The notes under the pieces were generated by a model. It saw only the letters and a program-made list of their open reading frames with translations. It ran no database searches and was not told the DNA's origin. A DNA stretch of 61,782 nucleotides, filler included. It is 4 parts of 4 records of this genome, joined end to end, with 100 filler letters (N's around TTAATTAATTAA, not from the genome) between each part and the next. Parts side by side here need not be neighbours in the genome. Positions count along the whole stretch, not along the records: positions 7,025 to 29,810 come from SRR20825010_6235; 3 more parts are not named here. One strand, given 5' to 3'. Of the stretch, positions 10,664 through 21,780 are shown piece by piece. The stretch's first letter is position 1; every line of letters starts with the position of its first letter. Position numbers and translations under genes: made by a program.

Positions 10664-11485
10664 TTATTTTTCATTGAAGATGTGTACATCTCTTTGTGGG
10701 AAAGGAATTGAAATTCCTTCAGCATCAAATGCTTTTTTCACCTGCTCAATCATGTCCCAATTCACGTTCCAATATTCTGGAGTTTCTACCCAGGCACGCA
10801 CCGTAATATCTACACTGCTGTCTCCTAAATTTCCTACTCTAACCATTGGCGCTGGTTCTTTTAAAAAGCGACTATCGCTTTCAATTATTTTTATAATAAT
10901 GCCTTTCGCTTTTTCAAAATCATCCCCATAGCCAATTCCAAAAACTTTGTCCCATCTACGGTTTGCCTCCATAGAAAAGTTGACAATATTGGCGCCTGCT
11001 ACTTTTCCGTTAGGGAGAAATATAGTTTTATTATCAGGTGTTTTCAAAACAGTATTCATAATAGAGACACCATTTACGGCACCCCCTGTGCCATCTATTT
11101 CCACATAATCACCCGCTTTAAAAGGCTTCAGTGTTAATATTAATATTCCGCCAGCAAAATTGGCCAAACTGCCCTGAAGGGCTAAACCAATGGCCAAACC
11201 AGCAGCGCCAAAAACAGCTAAGAAGCTCGCTGTTTCAATTCCAATTTGATCAACAACAGCAAAAAGTAAAACTGCATAAAGACCAACTCTCACCACTCCT
11301 ACAAGCGTAGGAATTAAAATAGGGTCTGTTTCTCTTTTAATAAGTGTTTTATGTGCAAGTTTTACAAGTCGTTTAATAATCCATGAACCAATTATTAACG
11401 TGACAAGTGCGCCTACTACTTGTATTCCATACTCTACTACATAAGCTTGTAAGAAATCCCACTTTTTGGCAATATCCATTTCCAT
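10664..11485 (-). CDS. mscS: Small-conductance mechanosensitive channel
   Basis: GAAGLAIGLALQGSLANFAGG, KPFKAGD, ISIPFPQRDVH. Confidence 0.95.
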   Translation of the reverse strand: MEMDIAKKWDFLQAYVVEYGIQVVGALVTLIIGSWIIKRLVKLAHKTLIKRETDPILIPTLVGVVRVGLYAVLLFAVVDQIGIETASFLAVFGAAGLAIGLALQGSLANFAGGILILTLKPFKAGDYVEIDGTGGAVNGVSIMNTVLKTPDNKTIFLPNGKVAGANIVNFSMEANRRWDKVFGIGYGDDFEKAKGIIIKIIESDSRFLKEPAPMVRVGNLGDSSVDITVRAWVETPEYWNVNWDMIEQVKKAFDAEGISIPFPQRDVHIFNEK

Positions 11486-11543
11486 TATAACTATCGTTTA
11501 AGGTTCTATTGGTCTCACATGAAGTTAAACCTGATATTAAAAA

Positions 11544-12047
11544 TCAATACAAATGTGCGGAAAAATCGGAATCCGTCAAATTTACTTGTATGTGTTCTTG
11601 AATAGTAGTGGCCAATTCAAGGCCTTTATAGTCTACCGAAATTGGATAACGTTTGTGGCTTCTGTTTACCAATACTGCCGTTTGTATTTTTTTAGCACCC
11701 ATTTTCAAGAAGGGGTCAAGGGCGTAGATCATGGTTCTTCCTGAGTTCATAACATCATCAACCAGCACCATGGTAAACTGGTCTATTTTTGGAAAGCCGG
11801 AAAATTCGACCTGAGGTTGCACTGGCGCGTCTTTCTCCACACTCAATGCTACTATATGTACATATATTGAGGAGATAGACTCTAATTCCTTTTTCAACAT
11901 TGAAGAAATTTTCAGCCCATTTTCGGCCACCCCGACCAAAACAATCTCACTGAGCTCATGATTCTGCTCATAGATTTCGTAGGCCATTCGCCTGATTTTT
12001 TGTTCAATCTGGCTTTTATCTAGAATCTGTTTTTTCTTTTTCAACAT
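11544..12047 (-). CDS. Phosphoribosyltransferase family protein (PyrR-like)
   Basis: IRRMAYEIYE, VLVDDVMNSGRT, LVNRSHKRYPI. Confidence 0.85.
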   Translation of the reverse strand: MLKKKKQILDKSQIEQKIRRMAYEIYEQNHELSEIVLVGVAENGLKISSMLKKELESISSIYVHIVALSVEKDAPVQPQVEFSGFPKIDQFTMVLVDDVMNSGRTMIYALDPFLKMGAKKIQTAVLVNRSHKRYPISVDYKGLELATTIQEHIQVNLTDSDFSAHLY

Positions 12048-12057
12048 AAACTTCTAC

Positions 12058-12540
12058 CTACTCCCCAGCGGATAGTGGCATTACTTTGCTATCCTTAAAA
12101 GTAGAGAGTATGACCATAGACTGCAAGTTATCTACCACAGATATGTCACTTACTTTCTCCAACATCAGCTTCTGATAGGCAGCAATATCAGCAGCGATCA
12201 CTTTTAACACGAAATCGCCAGAGCCTGTCACGTGATGGCACTCGATGACCTCATCTATTTTATTAATCTCTTCCAAGAAAATATCAATATTCCCTCTGTT
12301 GTGCCCCTTAAGCGTAGCATACACAAAGGTACTGACTCCAAGACCAATCTTATCGGTATCTAGCTTCGCATGATAACTCTTGATAATTCCTGAAACTTCT
12401 AATTTTTTCACACGCTCCAAGGTTGGTGCCGGAGATAGCCCTATTTCTTTAGAGAGCTGCGCATTGGTGATTTTTGCATTTGACTGAAGAATCTCTAAGA
12501 TCTTTCTGTCAATTTTGTCGAGTTTGATATTTTGACCCAT
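12058..12540 (-). CDS. Lrp/AsnC family transcriptional regulator
   Basis: LDKIDRKILEILQ..HTH, ECHHVTGSGDFVLKV. Confidence 0.95.
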   Translation of the reverse strand: MGQNIKLDKIDRKILEILQSNAKITNAQLSKEIGLSPAPTLERVKKLEVSGIIKSYHAKLDTDKIGLGVSTFVYATLKGHNRGNIDIFLEEINKIDEVIECHHVTGSGDFVLKVIAADIAAYQKLMLEKVSDISVVDNLQSMVILSTFKDSKVMPLSAGE

Positions 12541-12625
12541 TTTTAAGTATTTGACGAAATAATATTCTGTATACTAAGCATTTATTAAAATAAAAACAAT
12601 ATGAAATTAGTGAAACGGAGTGTTT

Positions 12626-13828
12626 TCAATCTTTACTCTTCTTAATTTCCTTTTCTAATTCTCTGGCCTTTTTATTCGTATCATCCCTGCGCTTGGTATT
12701 GTCTCTTATTTTATCAAGCATAGGAGAGGCCTCATCGTACCGTTTTTCTTGCACATAATATTCTGATAGGTGAAGCAACGAATAGATGTAATATCCAGAT
12801 TCCTCAAGTTCCAACGCGTTTGAGTACGCAATGGTTTGGAGATAATACGCCTCCGCTTTATCCCAGTCGTTTCTTTGCCTATTTATATCCGCCAAAAAGA
12901 AACTGGCATACCTGCCGCTCATTTGCTCATAGCCCACAGCGCTAGCCTTAATTCTGTTTAAAATCTCCAAGGAGACTTTCTCAGCACCTTGTAATTGCCC
13001 AGTAGTGTATAACATTTGAGCATAAAAGCGATGAAAATATGGATTTTGTGGATACTCCATGTTTATGTATTCCGCCCACCTCAGGGCGTCAGAAGTTTCA
13101 TTCAACTCAAATGCCTTAATTCGCATTAAGAAGTAGATGGCTTCTACCCTAGTATAAAATGCATTGGTCGCTACCGTTTTCATTTGTTCAACTCCCAATT
13201 TTTTATCCCCTTTAGGGAAGAAAAACAAGACCGGTCTTAACAAGGGGTACTCCTCCCTGATCCAAACCGAGTAATAATTAAATAGAGCATCGCCAAAGAG
13301 GATTTCTGGGCTAAAGCTTTCATTGCCCTGTGTTCTCTCCAAATATTTCAGGGCCAACCTACCTGCATTCGTTGCCCTTCCCCAGTTCTTTTTTTCAGAA
13401 TGATATCGGCCTTGAAAACCATAAGAACCCGCTAAAAAGAAATTAGCTTCGATATTGTCCTTATCAATGTCTATCATGGCCTCCGCTTTTGTAATGGCAG
13501 TATCCATGTATGCTAAAAATTCATCTCCTAATGGAGATTCCTTTTCCAAATTAGGCATCATTTGCCACCAAGTACTAATTCCGTATAAAAAATAACCAAG
13601 TGGGTGTTCTGGGAAATTATACTTGATCCAGTCGAACTCAACTTCCGCTTTACGAAAATCAAAGTTGTACATATAGTCAACTGCATCTGTAATTTCTTTT
13701 TGAAGGTTCATGTTGAGCAAAAGATACTTGGCAGTATCACCCAAAACCTTGTCCTTCTGTACCTGTGCATTCACCACATTTGGCACAAATAAAATCAGCA
13801 CAAACGCCCCAATAATAACCTTTTTCAA
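12626..13828 (-). CDS. Exported tetratricopeptide-repeat protein
   Basis: Signal peptide from TTG 13828, downstream of a TACTTTTG promoter motif; helical TPR-like repeats. Confidence 0.7.
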   Translation of the reverse strand: MKKVIIGAFVLILFVPNVVNAQVQKDKVLGDTAKYLLLNMNLQKEITDAVDYMYNFDFRKAEVEFDWIKYNFPEHPLGYFLYGISTWWQMMPNLEKESPLGDEFLAYMDTAITKAEAMIDIDKDNIEANFFLAGSYGFQGRYHSEKKNWGRATNAGRLALKYLERTQGNESFSPEILFGDALFNYYSVWIREEYPLLRPVLFFFPKGDKKLGVEQMKTVATNAFYTRVEAIYFLMRIKAFELNETSDALRWAEYINMEYPQNPYFHRFYAQMLYTTGQLQGAEKVSLEILNRIKASAVGYEQMSGRYASFFLADINRQRNDWDKAEAYYLQTIAYSNALELEESGYYIYSLLHLSEYYVQEKRYDEASPMLDKIRDNTKRRDDTNKKARELEKEIKKSKD

Positions 13829-13956
13829 ACCCTTCAATTGATTTATGTGCGACAGACGCGCAAAAGTACTGCCACACAGCCGATTCACAATACGCTTAAC
13901 TAATTTTATTATTGCATTTAGTCATTAATCGTAGATTTGTCCGAAATTGTTTTGCT

Positions 13957-14601
13957 ATGCCAAGAGAATACACACCGTTAGAAGTTAAAATGAAGGAATA
14001 CACGTCCATCAATAAAACGATGGTATTTATACTAATCTGTATAATTTCTTTTCTCCTTCTCTTTATTCAGCAAACTTTTATCATCAGCGAAATCAACGCC
14101 TTTAAATTTATGGACGGAATGGAATTGCTTGTTTTTCAAGCAGTTGCCGGACTTAAATATATTGGCGTACCCTTGGTATTTGCTTGGAAGTTTACACTTA
14201 TAGGTTTCATTTTATGGACAGGCTGTTTTTTATGGGGCTATAGGGTTAGCTACAAGCAATGTTGGCAAATTGCCATGTTTGCCGAAATGATCTTTTTCAT
14301 TCCCGAAGTTCTCACTATCCTTTGGTTCTTTTTTATTGACACCGACCCTACGTATTGGGACGTAAAAGCCTTTGAGCCCCTTTCTTATATGAACTTCTTC
14401 AACCATGAACAGGTGGCAGAAAAATATTGGTATGTAAATTCGGCTCTCAATATTTTTGAAATTGGTTACTGGATTTTACTCACATACGGTATAAATTTTG
14501 CAGCCCGAAAAAAGAAGTCCATTGCAAATGCCATAGTCTTCACTTCTTATGTACCACTCTTCTTGCTTTGGCTTTGGTTTTACCTCGGGGTGTACAAATA
14601 A
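13957..14601 (+). CDS. Hypothetical integral membrane protein
   Basis: About 5 hydrophobic segments; start placed at ATG 13957 after TAGATTTG (13932-13939). Confidence 0.7.
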   Translation: MPREYTPLEVKMKEYTSINKTMVFILICIISFLLLFIQQTFIISEINAFKFMDGMELLVFQAVAGLKYIGVPLVFAWKFTLIGFILWTGCFLWGYRVSYKQCWQIAMFAEMIFFIPEVLTILWFFFIDTDPTYWDVKAFEPLSYMNFFNHEQVAEKYWYVNSALNIFEIGYWILLTYGINFAARKKKSIANAIVFTSYVPLFLLWLWFYLGVYK

Positions 14602-14794
14602 GATGGGTAAATTTGTTCTGATCTCAGCCAAAATCCCCCATCTGACTTTACCTTTCTTGGTATTAATAAAATTTAACCCTTCTACAATCTAAATTTTACT
14701 AATTTCACGCCCTGCAAATAGGTTTATAATTGCTCATGGTGTCCCGTTCGTTACTCTTTTTTTAAGGAATGAACCCACCATTAAAAATACTGAA

Positions 14795-17764
14795 ATGACA
14801 GATTTTAAGAAATTCAATAATCTCACTGGATGGGCTGTTTTTATAACTTCCTTGATTGTCTACATTTTGACTCTCGAAGAAACCGCTAGTTTTTGGGATT
14901 CAGGAGAGTTTATCGCCATTGCCTATAAACTAGAAGTATCTCACCCTCCAGGCGCACCTCTGTATATGCTTATTGGACGCATGTTCTCGCTTTTTGCCTT
15001 TGGCGATGTAACTCAAGTGGCTTATTGGATCAATATGGTGAGTGCAGTATCCAGTGCTTTTGCAGTACTTTTTCTGTACTGGACCATCGTAATGTTGGGT
15101 AGAAAATTAATCAATGCTGAACTAGGTAACGAAACCAATATTCAAAAAATATTACTTGCTGGAGCAGGTATAGTGGGAGCCATGAGTTTTGCCTTTACAG
15201 ACTCCTTCTGGTTCTCTGCTGTGGAAGGAGAAGTTTACGGAATGTCTTCATTCTTTACCGCCTTTGTATTTTGGGCCATGCTCAAATGGGAAATTGTGGA
15301 AGATGAAAGCGGAAGGAATAAGTGGATAGTTTTGATCTTTTACATGCTTGGCCTTTCAACAGGAGCCCACCTTTTAGGTTTAGTTACCTTACCAGCCCTA
15401 GGCTTAATCTACTACTTCAAGAAGTATGAAAACCCAAATTGGAAAGGTGCCTTTGCCGCTATGGGCATATCACTCTTTTTAGTAATGCTGATTAACTCCT
15501 TTATTATTCCTGGCTTACCCACCTTGGCTGGAAAATTTGAGATTACCTTCGTTAATACTTTTGGCTTACCATTCGGCTCTGGCGCCATATTCATGATTGT
15601 TTTGCTTATAGCCGCCATAGTTTTTGGGTTAAAATGGACCCGAAGAAAAGAGTACGTGACCCTAAATACACTAATGTTAGGAATCACTTTCGTGTTAATA
15701 GGTTACTCTTGTTACGCTGTAATTCTAATTCGCTCAAAGGACAACCCTGCAATTGACCAAAACAACCCAGAGAATGTTATGACATTTATCTCTTACCTTA
15801 AAAGAGAGCAATATGGTAGCAGACCACTTCTTTATGGTCAGTATTTCAATGCCCCACAGCCAGAAACTAAAAAGGGCGCTCCAATATATTACCGAGACAA
15901 AGACGAGTATAAAATCTCTGACTATAAAGTAGAAACTACCTATGACGATGCTTGGTCTACTTTTCTGCCAAGAATGTACAGTTCTTCACCCGCACATATC
16001 CAAAAATACATGGCCATTACAGGCCTCAGAGAAGGAGAAAAACCGACATTTTTAGACAACATGGCTTTCATGTTCTCTCATCAGATTGGCCATATGTATG
16101 TCCGCTATTTTATGTTCAATTTTTCTGGTAGAGAAAGTGACATTCAAGATGCAGACTACTTGACAGCCCTAGATGGCAATAAGGATGTTCCCGACTTTAT
16201 TAAGGATAATAAATCTAGGAATCAGTATTATATGATTCCATTGATTCTGGGTCTGATTGGATTCTTCTTCCAATTTAACCGTGACCCGAAACGTTTTTCA
16301 GCTACCTTACTATTCTTCATTCTAACAGGCTTGGCCTTGGTTATCTACCTAAATTCGCCACCAATAGAACCAAGAGAAAGAGATTATATTTACACGGGAT
16401 CATACTATGCTTTTGCCATTTGGATCGGTTTTGCTGTATTAGCCATTGGCAGTGCTGCGATGAAGCGCGGTAAAACATTAGCTTATGGTGCATTGGCCCT
16501 TTGCCTAGTTTCCCCAATCATATTAGCGGCTGAAAACTGGGACGATCATGATAGAACGGGGAGATTCTTCTCCGTAGATTCTGCTAGAAATTTCTTGGCT
16601 TCCTGCGCTCCAAATGCCATACTTTTTACAGGAGGTGACAATGACACATTCCCACTTTGGTATGTACAGGAAGTAGAGGGCTTTAGAACCGATGTGCGAG
16701 TAATTGTACTCAGTTATTATAATACAGACTGGTATGTAGATCAAACCAAGGTAAAGATGAATGAATCTCACGCCTTCCCTTACACGCTCGGGATTGAAAA
16801 TTACAGACAAGGCACAAATGACTATTTATATGTAGATGAACGTCCGCAGTATAAAGGCAAAGCCATTGATCTTAAAGATTATATTTCATTAGTACAACGC
16901 AAGAGTCCAGCCATCCAGAGACAGCTTGGTTCAGGCACAGTAATAAATACTGTCCCAGCCCGTTCGCTCTTCCTGAATATTGATTCAGCCCAAGTGTCAA
17001 ACCTTGGCGTTATCCCTAATAGTCTTAAGAAATATGAGACCAATCGGATTACGTTCACTTTTAAGCAAGGCGAGAACTTCTTAGAGAAAGCGCACTTGAT
17101 GATGCTTGATTTGATTGCCACCAATAACTGGGAAAGACCAATCTATTTCAATTACACATCTGTAAGTTCTGTGCCTTTTGATTTGGATGATTATTTGGTG
17201 CAAGAAGGAATGGCCTATCGACTTCTTCCAGTTCAAAAACCTGGAAGCATGAGAGAAATAGTCAATACTGATTTGATGTATGACAATGTGATGAACAAGT
17301 TCCAGTTCAGGGGGTTAGACAACCCAAAAGCTAACCTAAACGGAGACTATAGAGGTTTTGCTCAGAATCACAGGTCTACCTTTACCACCTTAGCAGATGC
17401 GTTGATAAGCGAAGGAGATACCGCCAGAGCCAAAACTGTTTTGGACTACGGCATGAAGGTGATGCCTAAAGAATCACTTCCTTATGACATTGCTTCAGTA
17501 AGTTTTGTTCAAGCCTATTTGAATATTGGCGAGGAAGAAAAAGCACTAGCAATGGGTATGGAAATTGCAGAAATGTTTAACGACATGGCCACGTATCAGC
17601 AGAAGAAAATGCGCTATGATTATGAGTTTAGAAAGTACTTAAACGGACTTCAGTACTTGCAATCAATCTTTAGTCAATATGGCTACCCAGAACAAGCAGC
17701 AAGGCTAAGAGAGATGCTCGATGGACAGAACACCATGCTCACAATCGACCGAAGTAATTTCTAA
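14795..17764 (+). CDS. DUF2723 / TMEM260-like GT-C glycosyltransferase
   Basis: SFWDSGEFI, HPPGAPLY, FWFSAVEGEVY, GDNDTFPLWY motifs. Confidence 0.9.
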   Translation: MTDFKKFNNLTGWAVFITSLIVYILTLEETASFWDSGEFIAIAYKLEVSHPPGAPLYMLIGRMFSLFAFGDVTQVAYWINMVSAVSSAFAVLFLYWTIVMLGRKLINAELGNETNIQKILLAGAGIVGAMSFAFTDSFWFSAVEGEVYGMSSFFTAFVFWAMLKWEIVEDESGRNKWIVLIFYMLGLSTGAHLLGLVTLPALGLIYYFKKYENPNWKGAFAAMGISLFLVMLINSFIIPGLPTLAGKFEITFVNTFGLPFGSGAIFMIVLLIAAIVFGLKWTRRKEYVTLNTLMLGITFVLIGYSCYAVILIRSKDNPAIDQNNPENVMTFISYLKREQYGSRPLLYGQYFNAPQPETKKGAPIYYRDKDEYKISDYKVETTYDDAWSTFLPRMYSSSPAHIQKYMAITGLREGEKPTFLDNMAFMFSHQIGHMYVRYFMFNFSGRESDIQDADYLTALDGNKDVPDFIKDNKSRNQYYMIPLILGLIGFFFQFNRDPKRFSATLLFFILTGLALVIYLNSPPIEPRERDYIYTGSYYAFAIWIGFAVLAIGSAAMKRGKTLAYGALALCLVSPIILAAENWDDHDRTGRFFSVDSARNFLASCAPNAILFTGGDNDTFPLWYVQEVEGFRTDVRVIVLSYYNTDWYVDQTKVKMNESHAFPYTLGIENYRQGTNDYLYVDERPQYKGKAIDLKDYISLVQRKSPAIQRQLGSGTVINTVPARSLFLNIDSAQVSNLGVIPNSLKKYETNRITFTFKQGENFLEKAHLMMLDLIATNNWERPIYFNYTSVSSVPFDLDDYLVQEGMAYRLLPVQKPGSMREIVNTDLMYDNVMNKFQFRGLDNPKANLNGDYRGFAQNHRSTFTTLADALISEGDTARAKTVLDYGMKVMPKESLPYDIASVSFVQAYLNIGEEEKALAMGMEIAEMFNDMATYQQKKMRYDYEFRKYLNGLQYLQSIFSQYGYPEQAARLREMLDGQNTMLTIDRSNF

Positions 17765-17795
17765 ATAGAGAATATTGAAGTCATCGAGTATTCGG

Positions 17796-18569
17796 TTATT
17801 TCTCTAAAATCAAGAATAAATCTAATGCAGTGTCTGCGTCATCAGTCAGGAGGTAATCTTCCTGACTGATTTCGTTTACGAGCTTTGAGTTTCCGTCATT
17901 CAGCTTGTTACGATTGAGCCTGTTTAGGATATCATAAGGAATTCGGAGTAAAGGCGCAGGCAAGTTGTATTGCAGATTGAAAATATCGAAACGAGTGATC
18001 TTCTGTACCGATCGCTTATTTTCTTCGTAATAAGTCATTACTTTTTCATTGCCTGCTACTCCTTTCATTTCCACTTTATTAAAAATTTCAGAGGCCAAAT
18101 CTGTTAACTGCTGAGCGGTATATTCCCTCACGTGCCAAGGGTTTCTGGTCAGGGTTTTCTTAATATTTGGAGTGGTCAATATGGCTTTACCTCCTGGCTT
18201 TAACACACGATAGATTTCTTTCAAAAAGTCTTTATCCTTCTTCACGTGTTCAATCACTTGAAAAGAAACGATGGAATCGAAACTGTTATCGGCTAAATCA
18301 GAGAATGGTGGAAAAACCGCTTGACGAAAATCCAGATTAGGGTATTTACTTTTCAGCGCATCAATTACAGATTTAATCTTATCCAAAGCCACATAACTAT
18401 CGGCCAAAGGCGCTAGTAGTTCTACACCACGTCCTTCGCCACAGCCCAGCTCTAATAGACTCCCTTTTACATAAGGTATGGCCAAGTAATAAGCCCTCAA
18501 TAACCTTTGGTGTATTGGGTTATCAGAGGCAATTTTGTCCGAAGCGATTTCTGTAGTGTAAGTAGCCAT
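17796..18569 (-). CDS. Class I SAM-dependent methyltransferase
   Basis: LELGCGEG, SFQVIEHV, LKPGG..TTPN. Confidence 0.92.
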   Translation of the reverse strand: MATYTTEIASDKIASDNPIHQRLLRAYYLAIPYVKGSLLELGCGEGRGVELLAPLADSYVALDKIKSVIDALKSKYPNLDFRQAVFPPFSDLADNSFDSIVSFQVIEHVKKDKDFLKEIYRVLKPGGKAILTTPNIKKTLTRNPWHVREYTAQQLTDLASEIFNKVEMKGVAGNEKVMTYYEENKRSVQKITRFDIFNLQYNLPAPLLRIPYDILNRLNRNKLNDGNSKLVNEISQEDYLLTDDADTALDLFLILEK

Positions 18570-18669
18570 TTTTTACTTTTGCCCAAAAATAAACCATTTA
18601 GCTTACAATGAGCTAATCAAGACAGCATTCCCTACAATTTGATTACATTTGTCCTCAGTTTTGCTCCTC

Positions 18670-19890
18670 ATGAAAAGGCTCTTACTCACATTAATATTTA
18701 CAATTTGCACTCAATGGCTGTTTTCACAAAGCAGAATGAGCTCCGCGGATGTTAGTTTTCTTTACAACCAAGAGCATGAATTTCTTATTGACCACAGGCT
18801 TGCGCAAGATGGTAATCGAGTAAAAGTATATCTTCGCTTTATATTGAACAGTGGTGTGGTAAAAATCAGTGACTATGAAATTCAGTATGACATTCGCAAT
18901 AGCTACATTGATGAAAAGCATGTAAGTGCCACCGCAAAATTAGATTCCTCCACATTAATTGCGACTGGCTTTCGTGAGTTTATTTATTTATTTGAGTTTG
19001 AAAAAACTCTCGATCAAAGCCTTATTGTAGTAGAGGTCAATAATGTTTTACGGAATAGGAAATTTTTAATTGACATTCCAATTGAGAAGAACAAAACAAC
19101 CAAAAATCAGTCTTTCCTTATTTTTGAGGCACAAAGAAATGTGCCTTATTTCTCTCGCTTTATCAACCTAGATCAATCTGTTAGGTTAGTAAACGTTTTT
19201 GGGAACAATGGAAAGTATCAAATTCAAGGCGTTGTGAACAATCAAGCGGTAGCCATCCCTACTTTTGATGATTCGAGAATAAAAACACCGGCTAAAATAG
19301 AAATTGACACGCTCTATACCCCAGTAGAAAACGAAATTATACAGTTTTCAACACCTGGATATTATGTTATCAATGACTCCTCAGAACCATCAAATGGCCT
19401 TGGAGTTCTTGTAACAGATTCCTATTACCCCTATTTCGGACAGTTTGAACAAATGATTGAACCCCTGATTTTTATAACCACAAACGATGAGTTTAAAACC
19501 ATGAGAACAGCTACTGATTCGCGCATGGGCTTCGAAAACTTTATAACCAGCCGAATTTCGAATGGAGGAAGAGTTGCTCAGGATTTTGTGAAACACTATT
19601 ATAGAAGAGTCAGGAAATCGGCACACCTTTTCACTTCCAATAATGATGGATGGAAAACCGACCGAGGAATGGTATACCAGATTTATGGGAACCCATTACA
19701 GGTATTCCGAAATGAAGAACAAGAATTATGGGTGTTCGCTGCTCCAAATGGAGGGAGAATACGCTTTAACTTTGAAATTGTTTCAGAAGAAAATAACCTT
19801 TTGATCCACCGGTTAATAAGAGAAAATAAGTACAAAGAATCATGGATGGACGCTGTGACCAGTTGGCGTAGTGGAAAAGTAATTGAATGA
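18670..19890 (+). CDS. GWxTD domain-containing exported protein
   Basis: DGWKTDRGMVYQIYGNP; signal peptide from ATG 18670; TACATTTG promoter motif at 18644. Confidence 0.88.
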   Translation: MKRLLLTLIFTICTQWLFSQSRMSSADVSFLYNQEHEFLIDHRLAQDGNRVKVYLRFILNSGVVKISDYEIQYDIRNSYIDEKHVSATAKLDSSTLIATGFREFIYLFEFEKTLDQSLIVVEVNNVLRNRKFLIDIPIEKNKTTKNQSFLIFEAQRNVPYFSRFINLDQSVRLVNVFGNNGKYQIQGVVNNQAVAIPTFDDSRIKTPAKIEIDTLYTPVENEIIQFSTPGYYVINDSSEPSNGLGVLVTDSYYPYFGQFEQMIEPLIFITTNDEFKTMRTATDSRMGFENFITSRISNGGRVAQDFVKHYYRRVRKSAHLFTSNNDGWKTDRGMVYQIYGNPLQVFRNEEQELWVFAAPNGGRIRFNFEIVSEENNLLIHRLIRENKYKESWMDAVTSWRSGKVIE

Positions 19891-20633
19891 TGATAAGCCA
19901 ACCTAAAGAGGACTTCATATACGGAAGTCGAGCAATAATTGAAGCCATAAATGCTGGGAAAGAAATCGACAAGCTGCTCCTACAAAAGGACGTTAAAAAC
20001 GAACTCACTACTGAACTATTGATCGCAGCGCGCGACTTCAATATTCCAGTTCAAAAAGTACCTGTTGAAAAGCTCAACCGCATTACCAGAAAAAACCATC
20101 AAGGAGTAATTGCCTTTATATCATCGGTAGAATATGCCTCTTTAGATAACATCATTTCCGAAACCTATAGCAAGGGTGAAGTCCCACTTTTAATTGTTTT
20201 GGACCGTATTACTGATGTGAGAAATTTTGGTGCCATTGCCAGAACTGCCGAATGTGTTGGCGCCCATGGTATCGTAATTCCCTCTAGAGGAAGTGCACAA
20301 ATAGGTAGTGATGCCATGAAAACCTCTGCGGGTGCTTTGAATTTCATTCCTGTTTGCCGGGCAGACAATTTAAAAACCACCTTGAGAGAAATTCGAGATA
20401 ACGGCATTGTTATTCTGGCCTGTACCGAAAAAGCTACGGATTTGGTTTATCAACATGACCTTACAGTTCCTATTGCTTTACTAATGGGTTCAGAAGAAGA
20501 TGGGATTTCGACTGAGTATTTAAAGCTTGCAGATCAGCTTTGTAAACTTCCAATTAAAGGCAATATAGAATCACTGAATGTTTCCGTGGCTACTTCAGTC
20601 GTCTTATACGAAGTGGTAAGACAGCGCAGCTAA
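19887..20633 (+). CDS. rlmB: 23S rRNA (guanosine-2251-2'-O)-methyltransferase
   Basis: NHQGV, DVRNFGAIARTAE, GSEEDG, ESLNVSVA (SPOUT). Confidence 0.95.
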   Translation: MMISQPKEDFIYGSRAIIEAINAGKEIDKLLLQKDVKNELTTELLIAARDFNIPVQKVPVEKLNRITRKNHQGVIAFISSVEYASLDNIISETYSKGEVPLLIVLDRITDVRNFGAIARTAECVGAHGIVIPSRGSAQIGSDAMKTSAGALNFIPVCRADNLKTTLREIRDNGIVILACTEKATDLVYQHDLTVPIALLMGSEEDGISTEYLKLADQLCKLPIKGNIESLNVSVATSVVLYEVVRQRS

Positions 20634-20708
20634 AAATCATACTACTGAAAACAAAAAAGCTATCCTGATTTAGAGTAGCCATTTTTATTTGGTCTTTTGC
20701 GCTAGAGT

Positions 20709-21779
20709 CTAGCTAAACTCTTCTCCCTTAGCTTTGGCATCATGTAAAAATTCACGAAATTTTTTCTCTGCATCTTTCTTACAAATGAGAACTACATTAT
20801 CGCTTTGCGTAATGAGGTAACCATCTAAATCTTGAGCCACAATTAAAGTGTCGCTCGGGCCTTTTACATAGCAATTCTTGGAGTTATATAAGAGTGCTTT
20901 TCCATCTATTACATTGCCTTGTTCGTCCTTTGACTTAATCTCATGTAAGGAATCCCAACTCCCTAAGTCTGACCAATCGAAAGTACCTTTCACCATAAAG
21001 ACGTTACCCGCTTTTTCCATAATGCCGTAGTCAATGGAAATACTCTTGCACTGAGCATAAGCACCATTGATAAACTTTTGCTCGTCTAGCGTATAATAGG
21101 CATCATTACCCTCTTCAAAAATCACCGCTAAATCAGTGAGGTGCTCGTGCAAGGCAGCAATAATGGTTTCTACAGACCAAACAAAGATTCCCGCATTCCA
21201 TACAAAATCTCCGCTTTCAATAAACTTTTGAGCCAACTCAAGCTCTGGCTTTTCAGTAAATGTCTTTACCTTTTTTACCTTTTTTAAAGGGCTAGAATGG
21301 TACTGAATATAGCCGTACCCCGTCTCTGGCCTTGTAGGGACAATCCCTAGTGTAATTAACTTGTCTGAGCCATTTGCTGCTTTTATGGCCGTATTCAAGT
21401 TTTGAGTAAACAAGCTTTCTTTAAAAACAACATGATCGGAAGGCGCCACAATCATCACCCCCTGAGGGTCATTCTTCCTTATTTTAAAAGCTGGATAGGC
21501 CACAGCCGCAGCGGTATTTCTTCCTATTGGCTCCAAAAGAATTTGATCTTCAGAAAGTGTGGGGAGTTGCTCTTTAACTAAATCGTGATATCGCCTATTG
21601 GTAACAATATAAAAATTCTCTTCAGGGCAAATGGTCAAAAAACGATCATAGGTCATTTGGAGCAAAGTACGCCCTGTACCCAAAACATCTAAAAATTGTT
21701 TTGGCTTGTCCGCACGACTATATGGCCAAAAACGGCTTCCAATGCCGCCAGCCATAATCACTACATAATGATGTTTCAT
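20709..21779 (-). CDS. manC: Mannose-1-phosphate guanylyltransferase
   Basis: IMAGGIGSRFWP..PKQF, PETGYGYI, WSDLGSW. Confidence 0.92.
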   Translation of the reverse strand: MKHHYVVIMAGGIGSRFWPYSRADKPKQFLDVLGTGRTLLQMTYDRFLTICPEENFYIVTNRRYHDLVKEQLPTLSEDQILLEPIGRNTAAAVAYPAFKIRKNDPQGVMIVAPSDHVVFKESLFTQNLNTAIKAANGSDKLITLGIVPTRPETGYGYIQYHSSPLKKVKKVKTFTEKPELELAQKFIESGDFVWNAGIFVWSVETIIAALHEHLTDLAVIFEEGNDAYYTLDEQKFINGAYAQCKSISIDYGIMEKAGNVFMVKGTFDWSDLGSWDSLHEIKSKDEQGNVIDGKALLYNSKNCYVKGPSDTLIVAQDLDGYLITQSDNVVLICKKDAEKKFREFLHDAKAKGEEFS

Positions 21780-21780
21780 G

